A DNA stretch of 64,000 nt from an uncultured Actinomycetes bacterium (GTDB taxonomy: Bacteria > Actinomycetota > Thermoleophilia > RBG-16-64-13). The stretch spans positions 2,318-66,317 of the forward strand of contig CAKZRW010000025.1 of the NCBI GenBank assembly GCA_937148845.1, written 5' to 3'. Made by a program: the position numbers and the translations under genes. Shown one piece after another: positions 26,261 through 35,095 of the stretch (within the stretch, counting starts at the first letter, position 1; every line of letters begins with the position of its first letter). Under the pieces are notes generated by a model. It ran no database searches. It was not told the origin of the DNA and worked only from the letters and a program-made list of their open reading frames with translations.

Positions 26261-27699
26261 GGAACATGGTCATCTCGTCCGTCGGCACGGAGACCTGGGT
26301 GGCGATTCTGGAGCAAGGACGGGCCGCAGAGCTATATCTGGAACGGCCGGGCCAACGTTCGCTGGTCGGGAACATCTACAAGGGCAGGGTGGAGACCTTC
26401 CTTCCCGGGATGGAAGCGGCTTTTGTGGACATCGGTCTGGGGCGCAATGGTTTCCTCTCTAGCAGTGAAGTGGTGGAGCCGGACCTCAAGCCGCGGAGTC
26501 GTCGCGGGGGACGCCATCTGAAAGCGGGGAAGACTGTGCTGGTACAGGTCACCCGGGACGCTATGGGCGGCAAAGGTCCTCGTCTTACTACTGACCTTGG
26601 TCTCGCCGGTCGCTATCTCGTCTACATGCCTTTGTCGAGGACTACCGGGACCTCCAGACGCCTGGCGGACGGGGAGCGCAGCAGACTGCGGGAACTCGTC
26701 CGGGAGTTGCGGCCGGAGAAGGGGGGTCTCATAGCAAGGACCGCTGCAGAAGGGGCGGAGCGGGGCGCTTTGGAGCGGGATCTCCGCTTCTTGCAGCGAC
26801 AATGGGGAGCGTTGGTACGTAAAGCAGCGCGGCTGGAGGCTCCCGCCCTGATGCACCAAGAGATGGACTTGGCGCTACGCTGCGTGCGGGACGCTCTCAG
26901 TGAGGATTTCACGAGCGTCGACGTAGACGACGCTACGGTATTCCGGCGGGTGCGCAACTACCTAAGAGCGGTGGCTCCCGAGTTGGCGGAGAGAGTACGC
27001 CTCCACAAGGGACCAGCCCCACTGTTCGAGACCCTGCGTCTGGACAAGGAGATTTCCCGGGCCCTGGAACGGCGGGTTTCGTTACCCTCGGGGGGCTATC
27101 TCATCATCGAGCAGACGGAGGCCATGACTGTCATCGACGTGAATTCCGGCCGCTACGTCGGAGCAAAGGCTTTGGAGGACACTATCTTGCGGACAAACTT
27201 GGAGGCCTGTCGGGAGGTCGTCCGCCAACTCCGGCTCCGCGATATAGGGGGGATCATCGTTATCGACTTCATCGATATGGCTTCCCGTACCAACCGGGAG
27301 GCTGTCTTGGCTTTGCTACAAGCAGAGTTGGAGCGCGATCGCACCAAGACCTATGTGGTGGAGATCTCCCCCTTGGGCCTGGTCGAAATGACTCGTCAGA
27401 ACGTGACTCTGGGGCTTCGTGAACTGCTCACCGTGTCTTGCGCGTGTTGTGAGGGCGAAGGTCGGGTTCTTTCCCCGCAGTTGGCTCTAGCCCTGGTCCG
27501 CCGGCGTCTCCGCCAGCTGGCGGCGAGCAGTCCGCTACCGATACTCCGAGTGGAGGTCCATCCCCAGGTGGCCGCTCTCCTTGATGAGCAGCAAAGCCAA
27601 GAGCTCTCCGGGCTAGAGGCGGAGACGGGAAGACGTCTACTGGTGGAGCCGGCAAGTGCGGCTGTCCCTGTGGATCATGTTGCTCTTCTTCCCGACTGA
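26257..27699 (+). CDS. rng: ribonuclease E/G family endoribonuclease (short, RNase G-like; no scaffold extension)
   Basis: 480 aa. S1 domain, then RNase E/G catalytic core (DVNSG...DFIDM), then Zn-link CxxC (SCACCEGEGRV). ATGA overlap with the rSAM gene. Confidence 0.9.
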   Translation: MRNMVISSVGTETWVAILEQGRAAELYLERPGQRSLVGNIYKGRVETFLPGMEAAFVDIGLGRNGFLSSSEVVEPDLKPRSRRGGRHLKAGKTVLVQVTRDAMGGKGPRLTTDLGLAGRYLVYMPLSRTTGTSRRLADGERSRLRELVRELRPEKGGLIARTAAEGAERGALERDLRFLQRQWGALVRKAARLEAPALMHQEMDLALRCVRDALSEDFTSVDVDDATVFRRVRNYLRAVAPELAERVRLHKGPAPLFETLRLDKEISRALERRVSLPSGGYLIIEQTEAMTVIDVNSGRYVGAKALEDTILRTNLEACREVVRQLRLRDIGGIIVIDFIDMASRTNREAVLALLQAELERDRTKTYVVEISPLGLVEMTRQNVTLGLRELLTVSCACCEGEGRVLSPQLALALVRRRLRQLAASSPLPILRVEVHPQVAALLDEQQSQELSGLEAETGRRLLVEPASAAVPVDHVALLPD

Positions 27700-27784
27700 G
27701 TCGCCGGGGCAGTTCCAGTCCGCGCAGAAGTATGCGGTAAATGGGTCCGTCTGGGGTTCGTGGGTGGCAGACCGACACAGGCCC

Positions 27785-27793
27785 TGGTATACT
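27785..27793 (+). promoter_or_regulatory. candidate extended -10 promoter element (TGgTATACT) for the rplU-rpmA-obg operon
   Basis: TGGTATACT lies ~70 nt upstream of the rplU ATG. A GC hairpin (gcggcc-N7-ggccgc, 27803-27821) lies in the predicted leader. Confidence 0.4.
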
Positions 27794-27860
27794 GCCTTGC
27801 TCGCGGCCGACCCCAGGCCGCTTCAAAGCCAAGGTTGTCATGTCACGAGGAGCAGCAGGG

Positions 27861-28163
27861 ATGTTCGCCATCGTCGAAGTCGGTGGGAAGCAGTATCGGG
27901 TGGAAGAGGGAGGCGAGATCGTCGTCGACCGCCTTGATGCTCCAGAAGGTTCCACCGTGGAATTGCGTTCCCTATTGGTCGCGGGCGGCGATGATGTGCG
28001 TCTCGCTGCGGACGGCGTGGAGACCACGGTCACCGCGACTGTGGTCGAGCATTTTCGTGGTCGCAAGGTCAGCATACTACGGTTCAAGCCCAAGCGCGGG
28101 TTCAGGAAGAAGACCGGCTTTCGGGCGGCACTGACCCGCCTGGAAGTGCAGAAGATAGGGTAG
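27861..28163 (+). CDS. rplU: 50S ribosomal protein L21
   Basis: Track ORF 27741 over-extended. ATG at 27861 gives MFAIVEVGGKQYRVEEG..., a canonical L21 N-terminus (100 aa). Confidence 0.95.
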   Translation: MFAIVEVGGKQYRVEEGGEIVVDRLDAPEGSTVELRSLLVAGGDDVRLAADGVETTVTATVVEHFRGRKVSILRFKPKRGFRKKTGFRAALTRLEVQKIG

Positions 28164-28175
28164 GAAGGACTAACC

Positions 28176-28427
28176 ATGGCTCATAAGAAAGGTGGCGGGA
28201 GCTCTCGAAACGGCCGCGACTCCCAGGCGCAACGGCTGGGCGTCAAGGCCTTCGCAGGCGAGAACGTCAAGGCTGGGGCCATACTGGTCCGCCAGCGCGG
28301 CACTCGTTTCCGCCCGGGCGACAACGTAGGTATCGGGTCTGACGACACCCTCTTCGCTACCGCAGCGGGCAGGGTAGTCTTCTCCCGCGGCAAGGCAGGT
28401 CGTATCGTAAGCATCATCACCGAGTAG
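28176..28427 (+). CDS. rpmA: 50S ribosomal protein L27
   Basis: 83 aa. [24 protein letters not shown] is a canonical L27 sequence. Confidence 0.95.
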   Translation: MAHKKGGGSSRNGRDSQAQRLGVKAFAGENVKAGAILVRQRGTRFRPGDNVGIGSDDTLFATAAGRVVFSRGKAGRIVSIITE

Positions 28428-28470
28428 CAGCCTCCCGGCTGCTTCGGTCGATCACACTCCGTGCCGCCCC

Positions 28471-29880
28471 ATGTTCTACGATCGCGCCAAGATCCATGTG
28501 GCGGCCGGCAGGGGCGGGAACGGGTGCGTCGCCTTCCGGAGAGAGATGCACGTGCCCCGTGGAGGTCCGGACGGCGGGGACGGAGGCCGAGGCGGTGACG
28601 TGATCCTTCAAGCCGACCCGCAGGTCCGCGATCTGAGGGCCTTCGCTTACAAGATGCACTTCCGAGCGCAGTCGGGGCGGCCGGGGTCTGGCGCACGCAA
28701 ACATGGCGCCGACGGAGAGAGCGTGGTGATCCCGGTACCCCTGGGCACCCAGGTCTGGAGCGAGGATCGGTTGCTAGCCGATTTGGTGCGGCCCGGCCAG
28801 CGGGTGGTCGTAGCCCGCGGTGGTGCAGGGGGCAGGGGCAACGCGCGTTTTGTCACCTCGGTCCGCCAGGCCCCCCGGTTTGCCGAGTTGGGGGAGGAGG
28901 CCGAGAGCCGGTGGCTCGACCTCAGTCTCAAGCTGCTGGCAGATGCCGGCCTGGCTGGGCTACCCAACGCCGGTAAGTCCTCCCTGCTTCGCCGACTCTC
29001 CAATGCCAGACCAAAGGTAGCCGACTACCCTTTCACCACCTTGGAACCCATGTTGGGAGTAGTGGACTGGTCGGGTGAGGGTGACTGCTTCACCTTGGCA
29101 GACGTGCCGGGGCTCCTGGAGGGGGCGAGTGAAGGGGTGGGACTCGGTCATGAGTTTCTTGCCCACCTGGAGAGATGCGAGCTGATCATGCACGTGGTGG
29201 ACCTGACTGGTTACTATGGGACAGAGCCCATCACCGCGTTTCGTACTATCCTTCACGAGCTGCAGGCGCATGCCTCGGCACTGGCTGAGAAGCCGCAGGT
29301 AGTATTGCTCAACAAGATCGACGTTCTGGCGGCTGAAGAGGTGGCCCAGTGGCGTGAGCGCTTTCTGGAGGAGGTCCAGAGACTCCGTGACGAAGGGCAT
29401 CCGGCCTTCACTTACCTGCTGGGTGAGGAGCCTCCTTTATTGGAGCGGCTAGTGTGGCCGGTGTCGGCAGCTACAGGGGCAGGGCTGTCTGCATTCCTGG
29501 CTTGGGTGGGACCATTACTGCAGACCATGCGGGAAAGGACACTGGGTGCCGGACAGGGTGAGTTTGGCTTTGCGGATGAAGAGACGGCTGTCTTGGAGCC
29601 GAGCCTCACCGAGACAGAAGACGAGACCGGGCATGTCACCTATCGGCCGCTTCCGGCCCGAGGGAGGGGGTTCACTGTGCGCAGAGGTCCTTCGGGGTTT
29701 ATTGTAGAGGGGCCGGCGGTCAAACGCCTGGTGAGCAGATTCGACCTTACAGATGACGAAGCCGTCCGGTATCTTCAGGAGAGATTCGTACACATGGGCT
29801 TACAGGCAGCGCTTGAAGCCCAGGGCGCCCAGCCGGGTGATGAGGTCGAAGTCGAAGGTCATGTGTTTGAGTTTCAGTGA
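28471..29880 (+). CDS. obg: GTPase Obg/CgtA with C-terminal OCT domain
   Basis: 469 aa. Gly-rich Obg fold, G-domain G1 GLPNAGKSS and DVPGL motifs, and a C-terminal TGS-like OCT domain. Confidence 0.95.
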   Translation: MFYDRAKIHVAAGRGGNGCVAFRREMHVPRGGPDGGDGGRGGDVILQADPQVRDLRAFAYKMHFRAQSGRPGSGARKHGADGESVVIPVPLGTQVWSEDRLLADLVRPGQRVVVARGGAGGRGNARFVTSVRQAPRFAELGEEAESRWLDLSLKLLADAGLAGLPNAGKSSLLRRLSNARPKVADYPFTTLEPMLGVVDWSGEGDCFTLADVPGLLEGASEGVGLGHEFLAHLERCELIMHVVDLTGYYGTEPITAFRTILHELQAHASALAEKPQVVLLNKIDVLAAEEVAQWRERFLEEVQRLRDEGHPAFTYLLGEEPPLLERLVWPVSAATGAGLSAFLAWVGPLLQTMRERTLGAGQGEFGFADEETAVLEPSLTETEDETGHVTYRPLPARGRGFTVRRGPSGFIVEGPAVKRLVSRFDLTDDEAVRYLQERFVHMGLQAALEAQGAQPGDEVEVEGHVFEFQ

Positions 29881-31034
29881 GATGGGGAGAAGGGCAGCAC
29901 ATGGAGATGCCTGACCGTCGCAGGCAGCCCGACGAGAGAACGAGCAAGACCATAGTGGTCAAGATCGGCTCCAGCACGCTCACCACCGAGAGAGGCACCT
30001 TCCGGCTGGCTCCGGTAGCTGGTCTGGTTTCCGAGGTCTGTGAGCTCCACGCGCAAGGGCATCGCATGCTTCTGGTGAGCTCAGGTGCGGTCTCCTCCGG
30101 CATGGGCATCCTTCGCCGCAAACGCCGCCCGACGGCGGTAGTGGACCTGCAGGCGGCGGCGGCGGTAGGCCAGGGGCATCTCTTCCACATCTATACCGAA
30201 CTTTTCGCTCACGAGCACGTGATAACGGCCCAGGTCTTGCTCACCGCCTTCGATGTGGCCGCTCGGACCCAATACCTCAATGCGCGCAACACCCTGCGTC
30301 GCCTGCTGGAGTGGAAGGTGGTGCCCATCATCAACGAGAACGACACTACCTCTACAGACGAGCTCTGCTTCGGGGATAATGACACGTTGGCTGCTCAAGT
30401 GGCCTTGCTCGTGAAGGCCGATCTGTTGATCCTCCTCACCGATACGGACGGGGTGTACACGGCCGATCCTCGCGAGGACCTGCAAGCGCGGCTCATCACC
30501 CGGGTGGAAGATTTTGAGGCTCTTCAGTGCGTACAGGTCGGGACCGCGGGGCCCTTGGGCACGGGGGGGATGGCCACCAAGATAAACAGCGCGCGCATGG
30601 CCACCAGTGGAGGGGTGGAGACGGTCATCGCCCGGGGGGACCGGCCTGGGGTACTCAAGGCCTGTGTGGCCGGCGAAGAGGTGGGCACCCGTTTCTTGCC
30701 ACGTCCGCTCGGCTTGCACGACTTCAAGCTGTGGTTGCTCTACGGCAAGCCCGCTCGCGGCACGCTCGTCGTCGACGAGGGTGCGGCTAGAGCGCTGCGG
30801 GGCAAAGGGAGTCTACTCCCGGTGGGGATAGTAGAGGTCAAGGGTGAGTTCGCTGCCGGCGACGCTGTCATGGTGGCCGACGAGAACGGACTGGACCTGG
30901 CCAAGGGGCTTGTCAACTACTCACGGGAGGAGTTAGAGCGGATCAAAGGTCTTAAGAGCGCTCAAGTGGCGGAGCTTCTCCCGCAGGCTTCGCCTGAGGC
31001 GATACACAGAGACTATATGGTACTGGTGTGCTAG
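29877..31034 (+). CDS. proB: glutamate 5-kinase with PUA domain
   Basis: 385 aa. VVKIGSS amino-acid-kinase fold and a C-terminal PUA domain. ATGA overlap with obg (alternative start Met ~29901). Confidence 0.9.
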   Translation: MRWGEGQHMEMPDRRRQPDERTSKTIVVKIGSSTLTTERGTFRLAPVAGLVSEVCELHAQGHRMLLVSSGAVSSGMGILRRKRRPTAVVDLQAAAAVGQGHLFHIYTELFAHEHVITAQVLLTAFDVAARTQYLNARNTLRRLLEWKVVPIINENDTTSTDELCFGDNDTLAAQVALLVKADLLILLTDTDGVYTADPREDLQARLITRVEDFEALQCVQVGTAGPLGTGGMATKINSARMATSGGVETVIARGDRPGVLKACVAGEEVGTRFLPRPLGLHDFKLWLLYGKPARGTLVVDEGAARALRGKGSLLPVGIVEVKGEFAAGDAVMVADENGLDLAKGLVNYSREELERIKGLKSAQVAELLPQASPEAIHRDYMVLVC

Positions 31035-31050
31035 CGGATCGGGAGGGGAC

Positions 31051-32304
31051 TTGGATACACGAGAATTAGCAGCCCGGGCTAAGAAGGCCTCAAGGCGTCT
31101 GGCGACGGCCAACGCCGTGGAGAAGAATCGCGCCTTGCTGGCCATGGCAGATGCCCTTGACAGGCGGGCTGCAGAGATCTTGGTCGAGAACCAAGAGGAC
31201 GTGACTGAGGGGCGCAAGAACGGTCTTTCTCCCGCTCTCATCGACCGCCTGCTTCTGGACGAGGAACGTCTGGCCGGTATTGCTCGCAGTCTGCGCGACA
31301 TCGCCGCTTTGCCTGACCCTGTGGGGGAAGTAGTGGCCGGTTGGCGCACCCCGGAGGGTCTGGAAATCCAGAAGGTGCGGGTGCCTTTCGGGGTCATCGC
31401 GGTGGTGTACGAAGCGCGCCCCAACGTGACTGTCGATGCGGCTGCGCTCTGCCTCAAGACTGGTAATGCCGTCATCTTGAGAGGGGGAAGCGACGCTTAC
31501 CGATCCAACCGCATCCTCACCGAGGTCATCACCGGGGCCGCGCTGGAGGCGGGGCTTCCGGGCGATGTCATACAGTTCGTACCCAGCAAGGATCGAGCGG
31601 TGCTCATCGAGTTGCTGCAGTTGCGCGAGTACATCGACCTAATCATTCCGCGGGGCGGCGAGGCTCTTAAAGACTTCCTGCTGGAGCACTCCAAGGTCCC
31701 GGTCATCTACGCCGCCGGCGGCAACTGTCACGTCTACGTGGACCAGTCCGCCGACTTGAAACAGGCCCTCGACATCACCATCAACGCCAAGTGTCAGCGG
31801 CCGGGGGTCTGCAATGCCGCCGAAACCCTGCTTGTACACGCGGCTGTGGCGCCTGCGTTTCTCCCCGTGGTGGTCAAGGCCCTGCAGGAGCGCAAGGTCA
31901 AGCTGTATGTGGACGCTCGCACGCGCGACATAGTAGGGGAGACCGAGCCCCGGCTTTACCGGGCCACGGACAAGCACTACGCCACCGAGTTCCTCGACCT
32001 CGAGATGGCAGTCAAGGTAGTCGACAGCCTGCAAGAGGCGGTCGACCACATCGCTCGCTTCGGCACCGGTCACTCCGAGGCGATAATCACACAGGACCTG
32101 GAAGCCGCCCGTCAGTTCGCCCAGATGGTGGACGCTGCTGCCATCTATATCAATGCTTCCACGCGTTTCACCGATGGCGGTGTCTACGGCCTGGGGGCCG
32201 AGATCGGCATCTCCACCCAGAAACTACACGCTCGGGGGCCATTGGCTCTCAAGGAGCTGACTTCCACCAAGTACGTCGTCACCGGTAGGGGACATATCCG
32301 CTAG
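31051..32304 (+). CDS. proA: glutamate-5-semialdehyde dehydrogenase (gamma-glutamyl phosphate reductase)
   Basis: 417 aa. ALDH-superfamily member with catalytic Cys context (NASTRFTDGG). proB-proA adjacency. Confidence 0.9.
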   Translation: MDTRELAARAKKASRRLATANAVEKNRALLAMADALDRRAAEILVENQEDVTEGRKNGLSPALIDRLLLDEERLAGIARSLRDIAALPDPVGEVVAGWRTPEGLEIQKVRVPFGVIAVVYEARPNVTVDAAALCLKTGNAVILRGGSDAYRSNRILTEVITGAALEAGLPGDVIQFVPSKDRAVLIELLQLREYIDLIIPRGGEALKDFLLEHSKVPVIYAAGGNCHVYVDQSADLKQALDITINAKCQRPGVCNAAETLLVHAAVAPAFLPVVVKALQERKVKLYVDARTRDIVGETEPRLYRATDKHYATEFLDLEMAVKVVDSLQEAVDHIARFGTGHSEAIITQDLEAARQFAQMVDAAAIYINASTRFTDGGVYGLGAEIGISTQKLHARGPLALKELTSTKYVVTGRGHIR

Positions 32305-32333
32305 TCGGGGGGCTAGCCCTGCCCGGAGGAGCC

Positions 32334-33059
32334 GTGGCCGAAGACGCAGTGATAAGTCGCCTGCGAGGCCAGCGCGGAGTGCGGCTGGGGATCATGGGTG
32401 GGGCTTTCGACCCCATCCACATCGCTCACCTGGTGACGGGTCAGGAGGCGCTCCATCGGTACCATCTCGATGAGGTGGTCTTCCTGCCCAGCGGTATACC
32501 TCCCCACAAGCGACGGGAATTGACGCCCGCAGAGTTACGGTACCTCATGGTGGTGTTGGCCACCGCTTCGCACCCGCAGTTCTCAGTCTCCCGGCTGGAA
32601 ATCGATCGGCCTGGGATCGGTTATACGGTGGACACCCTGGAGAGCTTGGCGTCGCTCCTGGGGCCCGAGAGTGAGATCTTCTTCATCACCGGGGCCGATG
32701 CCGTGCTGGACATCCTGACCTGGAAGAAACCGGAGCGGGTATTGGCCTTGTGCACCCTCATAGCGGCCACGCGGCCCGGATACGACTTGGGGCGTCTGGC
32801 CAGCGTGCTCGCCGAGCTGGAGCCGGAGCTATCACGGCAAGGACAGCAAGTTCGCGTGGAGGTCATGGAGATCCCTGCCCTGGGTATCTCTTCCAGCCTG
32901 ATCCGTGAAAGACTGGCGCAAGGGCTTCCTGTGCAGTACCTGGTGCCGGAGGCGGTGGCCCGGTTCATCGAGAAGAACGGTCTTTACCGGGGGGCAGGGC
33001 AGCGGGCGGAAGGTCCACGCGGGGACCCGGGGTCCGACTGTGCGACCGCCAGTGGATAG
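32334..33059 (+). CDS. nadD: nicotinate-nucleotide adenylyltransferase
   Basis: 241 aa. GGAFDPIHIAHL (HxGH nucleotidyltransferase motif) and ISSSLIR motif. Confidence 0.9.
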   Translation: MAEDAVISRLRGQRGVRLGIMGGAFDPIHIAHLVTGQEALHRYHLDEVVFLPSGIPPHKRRELTPAELRYLMVVLATASHPQFSVSRLEIDRPGIGYTVDTLESLASLLGPESEIFFITGADAVLDILTWKKPERVLALCTLIAATRPGYDLGRLASVLAELEPELSRQGQQVRVEVMEIPALGISSSLIRERLAQGLPVQYLVPEAVARFIEKNGLYRGAGQRAEGPRGDPGSDCATASG

Positions 33060-33075
33060 CAGGGAAGGGCGGCGC

Positions 33076-34200
33076 GTGGCGGGATACCATTCCCGCTCAG
33101 AAAGACGTCTCTCTCGACGAGCGGCTCGCCGTCGCCGTAAGGTGCGACTGTGGGCTGGGGCGGGAGCCTTGGTGGTGCTGGTGGCGGCAGTGGTGACGCT
33201 GCTTGTCCTGCTGGGCGGGAGCGGGGGAACTACCTCGGTGGGCTCCTCTACCAGGGTGGCGGAGAGCGAGAGCTCGCCGCAGGAGAGTCAGGCCGGGATT
33301 CCCCTGCTGCTTCTTGTCCGTCAGGACGAAAGGATCTGCGGAGGCCTGCTCCTTCAGTCGAGAGGCGATCAGGGCGTGGTTATAGGTGTACCCGGGATAT
33401 CGCTGCTACGCTCGGGAGACCGGTTCGTCACTCTTGCGGAACTGGCCGGCTCCAGGCCGAGCGGAGCCACGGCGGCGGGGGGCGCGGCGATGGGCCTCGG
33501 GAACGCGGTCGGCGAAGTCTCAGGGCTTTCCACAGTGGCGGTGGCCTGTGCGGAATGGCCCGATTTGTTGGCCAGGCTGGAAGGCGAAGGATTCTTTGCC
33601 TCGCCACAGAGGATGCTCTTAGGGACACTTCTCCGGAGTCTTGATCCGGAAGGGGCCGACAGCGGGCAAGCGGCCCTGGCGGTCGGCGGGTGGCTCACGC
33701 TGCTGCGCGAAGCGGGGAGGGCCGATCCTTGGGAAGGGCTGTCTCTGCAGGGAGAGGTCGACCGCTTTCGGTCGGCGAGCAGACTACTGTCAAGGGTGGG
33801 CTCCTGGTCGTACGGCGTGGTGACCGGAAAATTGCAGGGCGGGGAGGGTGCGCGCTATCTGGATCCCGCCCTGGGCCCAGTCAGGGACATGCTGGCCAAG
33901 GCGGCGGGAAAGCCCCTTGCCCGCGTGCAGGTGCAGAACGGCTCCGGACTGGTGGGGGTGGCCGAACAGGCAGCGGAGACCCTGGCTGGTCTCGGCTTTG
34001 AACTGCTTCCGGTGCGTAACGCCCTGGGCTTCCCCGACGTGGTCGAGACCAGGATCGTGGCGGCGCCAGATGTGGAGATGCAATCCCTGGTGATACGTGA
34101 AGTGTTGGGGTTGGGTAATCTATCCACCGAGGGTTCGCTCGCCGGGGGGTCGATCGTGGTGATAATGGGCCAAGACTACCAGGTGGGAAGGCGAGATTAG
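33076..34200 (+). CDS. LytR_C (LytR cell-envelope-related transcriptional attenuator C-terminal) domain membrane protein
   Basis: Track ORF 32905 overlaps nadD by 155 nt. GTG at 33076 with AGGGAAGG Shine-Dalgarno gives MAGYHSRSERRLSRRAARRRRKVRLWAGAGALVVLV... (basic tail then TM). C-terminal ARVQVQNGSGLVGVAEQAAETLAGLGFELLPVRNA...IVVIMGQDY matches LytR_C. Confidence 0.7.
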   Translation: MAGYHSRSERRLSRRAARRRRKVRLWAGAGALVVLVAAVVTLLVLLGGSGGTTSVGSSTRVAESESSPQESQAGIPLLLLVRQDERICGGLLLQSRGDQGVVIGVPGISLLRSGDRFVTLAELAGSRPSGATAAGGAAMGLGNAVGEVSGLSTVAVACAEWPDLLARLEGEGFFASPQRMLLGTLLRSLDPEGADSGQAALAVGGWLTLLREAGRADPWEGLSLQGEVDRFRSASRLLSRVGSWSYGVVTGKLQGGEGARYLDPALGPVRDMLAKAAGKPLARVQVQNGSGLVGVAEQAAETLAGLGFELLPVRNALGFPDVVETRIVAAPDVEMQSLVIREVLGLGNLSTEGSLAGGSIVVIMGQDYQVGRRD

Positions 34201-34223
34201 GGGCTGACAAGAGGATGAGGGTA

Positions 34224-34248
34224 GGAACGTCACGGGAGCAGGGACGTT
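34224..34248 (+). promoter_or_regulatory. ECF-sigma-type promoter-like element GGAAC-N16-CGTT, embedded in a perfect 7-bp inverted repeat GAACGTC-N11-GACGTTC
   Basis: aGGAACgtcacgggagcagggaCGTTct lies 25 nt upstream of the thiF-like GTG. The spacing and motifs match the SigE/SigH/SigR-class ECF consensus. Confidence 0.45.
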
Positions 34249-34273
34249 CTCAGAACAGGGCGCGGCGCAGGCC

Positions 34274-35095
34274 GTGAGCAGGAAGAATGTGAACATGGAA
34301 GACGCAAGCAGGATCGACCGTCTTTATCGTTATAGCCGTCAGATGCTCGTGCCCCAAGTGGGCCGAGAAGGGCAGGAAAAGCTGCTTGAAGCTCGCGTAG
34401 GTCTGGTGGGTTGTGGAGCGTTGGGGTCGGTCATCGCCAATCATCTCGTCCGCTCGGGGATAGGTCTGCTGCGCATCGCTGACGGCGACCGCGTGGAGCT
34501 TCACAACTTGCATCGGCAGATGCTCTATACGGAGGAAGACGTCCGTGAGCGGCTCCCGAAGGCCGAAGCCGCGGCTCGGCATCTGCGCCGGGCCAATAGC
34601 GAGGTGGTAATCGAGCCAGTGGTCCAGGTCATTGACGAGGATTCCCTCGGCGAGTTTGCGGCGGACCTCGATGTGTTGGTGGACGGGACCGACAATTTCG
34701 CCACTCGGTTTGTCATCAACGATTACTGCGTGCGGCGAAATCGGCCGTGGGTATACGGTGGCGTCATCGCCACGACCGGGATGTCCATGACCATCGTTCC
34801 AGGTGAAGGACCGTGTCTACGCTGTTTTCTCCGCGAGTTGCCCAGTCGCGAACAGTCTCCGACCGCTGACACGGCTGGAGTCCTCAGTATCACGGTCGCC
34901 ATCATCGCGAGTGTGGAAGCCGGGGAGGTCATCAAGCTGCTTCTCCAGCCGGAGGCTCGTAACCGAGGTCTCTTGATGGTTGATGTGTGGGAGCTGGATT
35001 TCGAGCGGCTGGAGATCCCGCGCGATCCCGCCTGCCCCAGCTGCGGGAGCGGACTCACGGGAGAAACGCCAGGCTTGGGGGTGGTAGCGCAGTGA
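34274..35095 (+). CDS. ThiF/MoeB/HesA-family E1-like adenylyltransferase (MoeB-like, no rhodanese domain)
   Basis: 273 aa. Nucleotide-binding GLVGCGALGS and C-terminal CxxC pairs (CLRC...CPSC). No adjacent ThiS/MoaD-like ORF. Confidence 0.85.
   Translation: MSRKNVNMEDASRIDRLYRYSRQMLVPQVGREGQEKLLEARVGLVGCGALGSVIANHLVRSGIGLLRIADGDRVELHNLHRQMLYTEEDVRERLPKAEAAARHLRRANSEVVIEPVVQVIDEDSLGEFAADLDVLVDGTDNFATRFVINDYCVRRNRPWVYGGVIATTGMSMTIVPGEGPCLRCFLRELPSREQSPTADTAGVLSITVAIIASVEAGEVIKLLLQPEARNRGLLMVDVWELDFERLEIPRDPACPSCGSGLTGETPGLGVVAQ

Noticed and set aside
27428-28177. 249-aa minus-strand ORF spanning the rng 3' end, the rplU leader and rplU
   Set aside because: Antisense to ribosomal protein L21 and to the promoter region. 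Artefact.
28425-28455. Possible intrinsic terminator after rpmA (cagcc-tccc-ggctg + cttcgg)
   Set aside because: Stem is only 5 bp and the T-tract is interrupted. obg follows 44 nt later and is most likely co-transcribed.
32905-33075. Track start of the LytR_C ORF at 32905 (155-nt overlap with nadD)
   Set aside because: GTG at 33076 has a good Shine-Dalgarno and yields a conventional basic tail plus TM N-terminus. The long overlap is unlikely.
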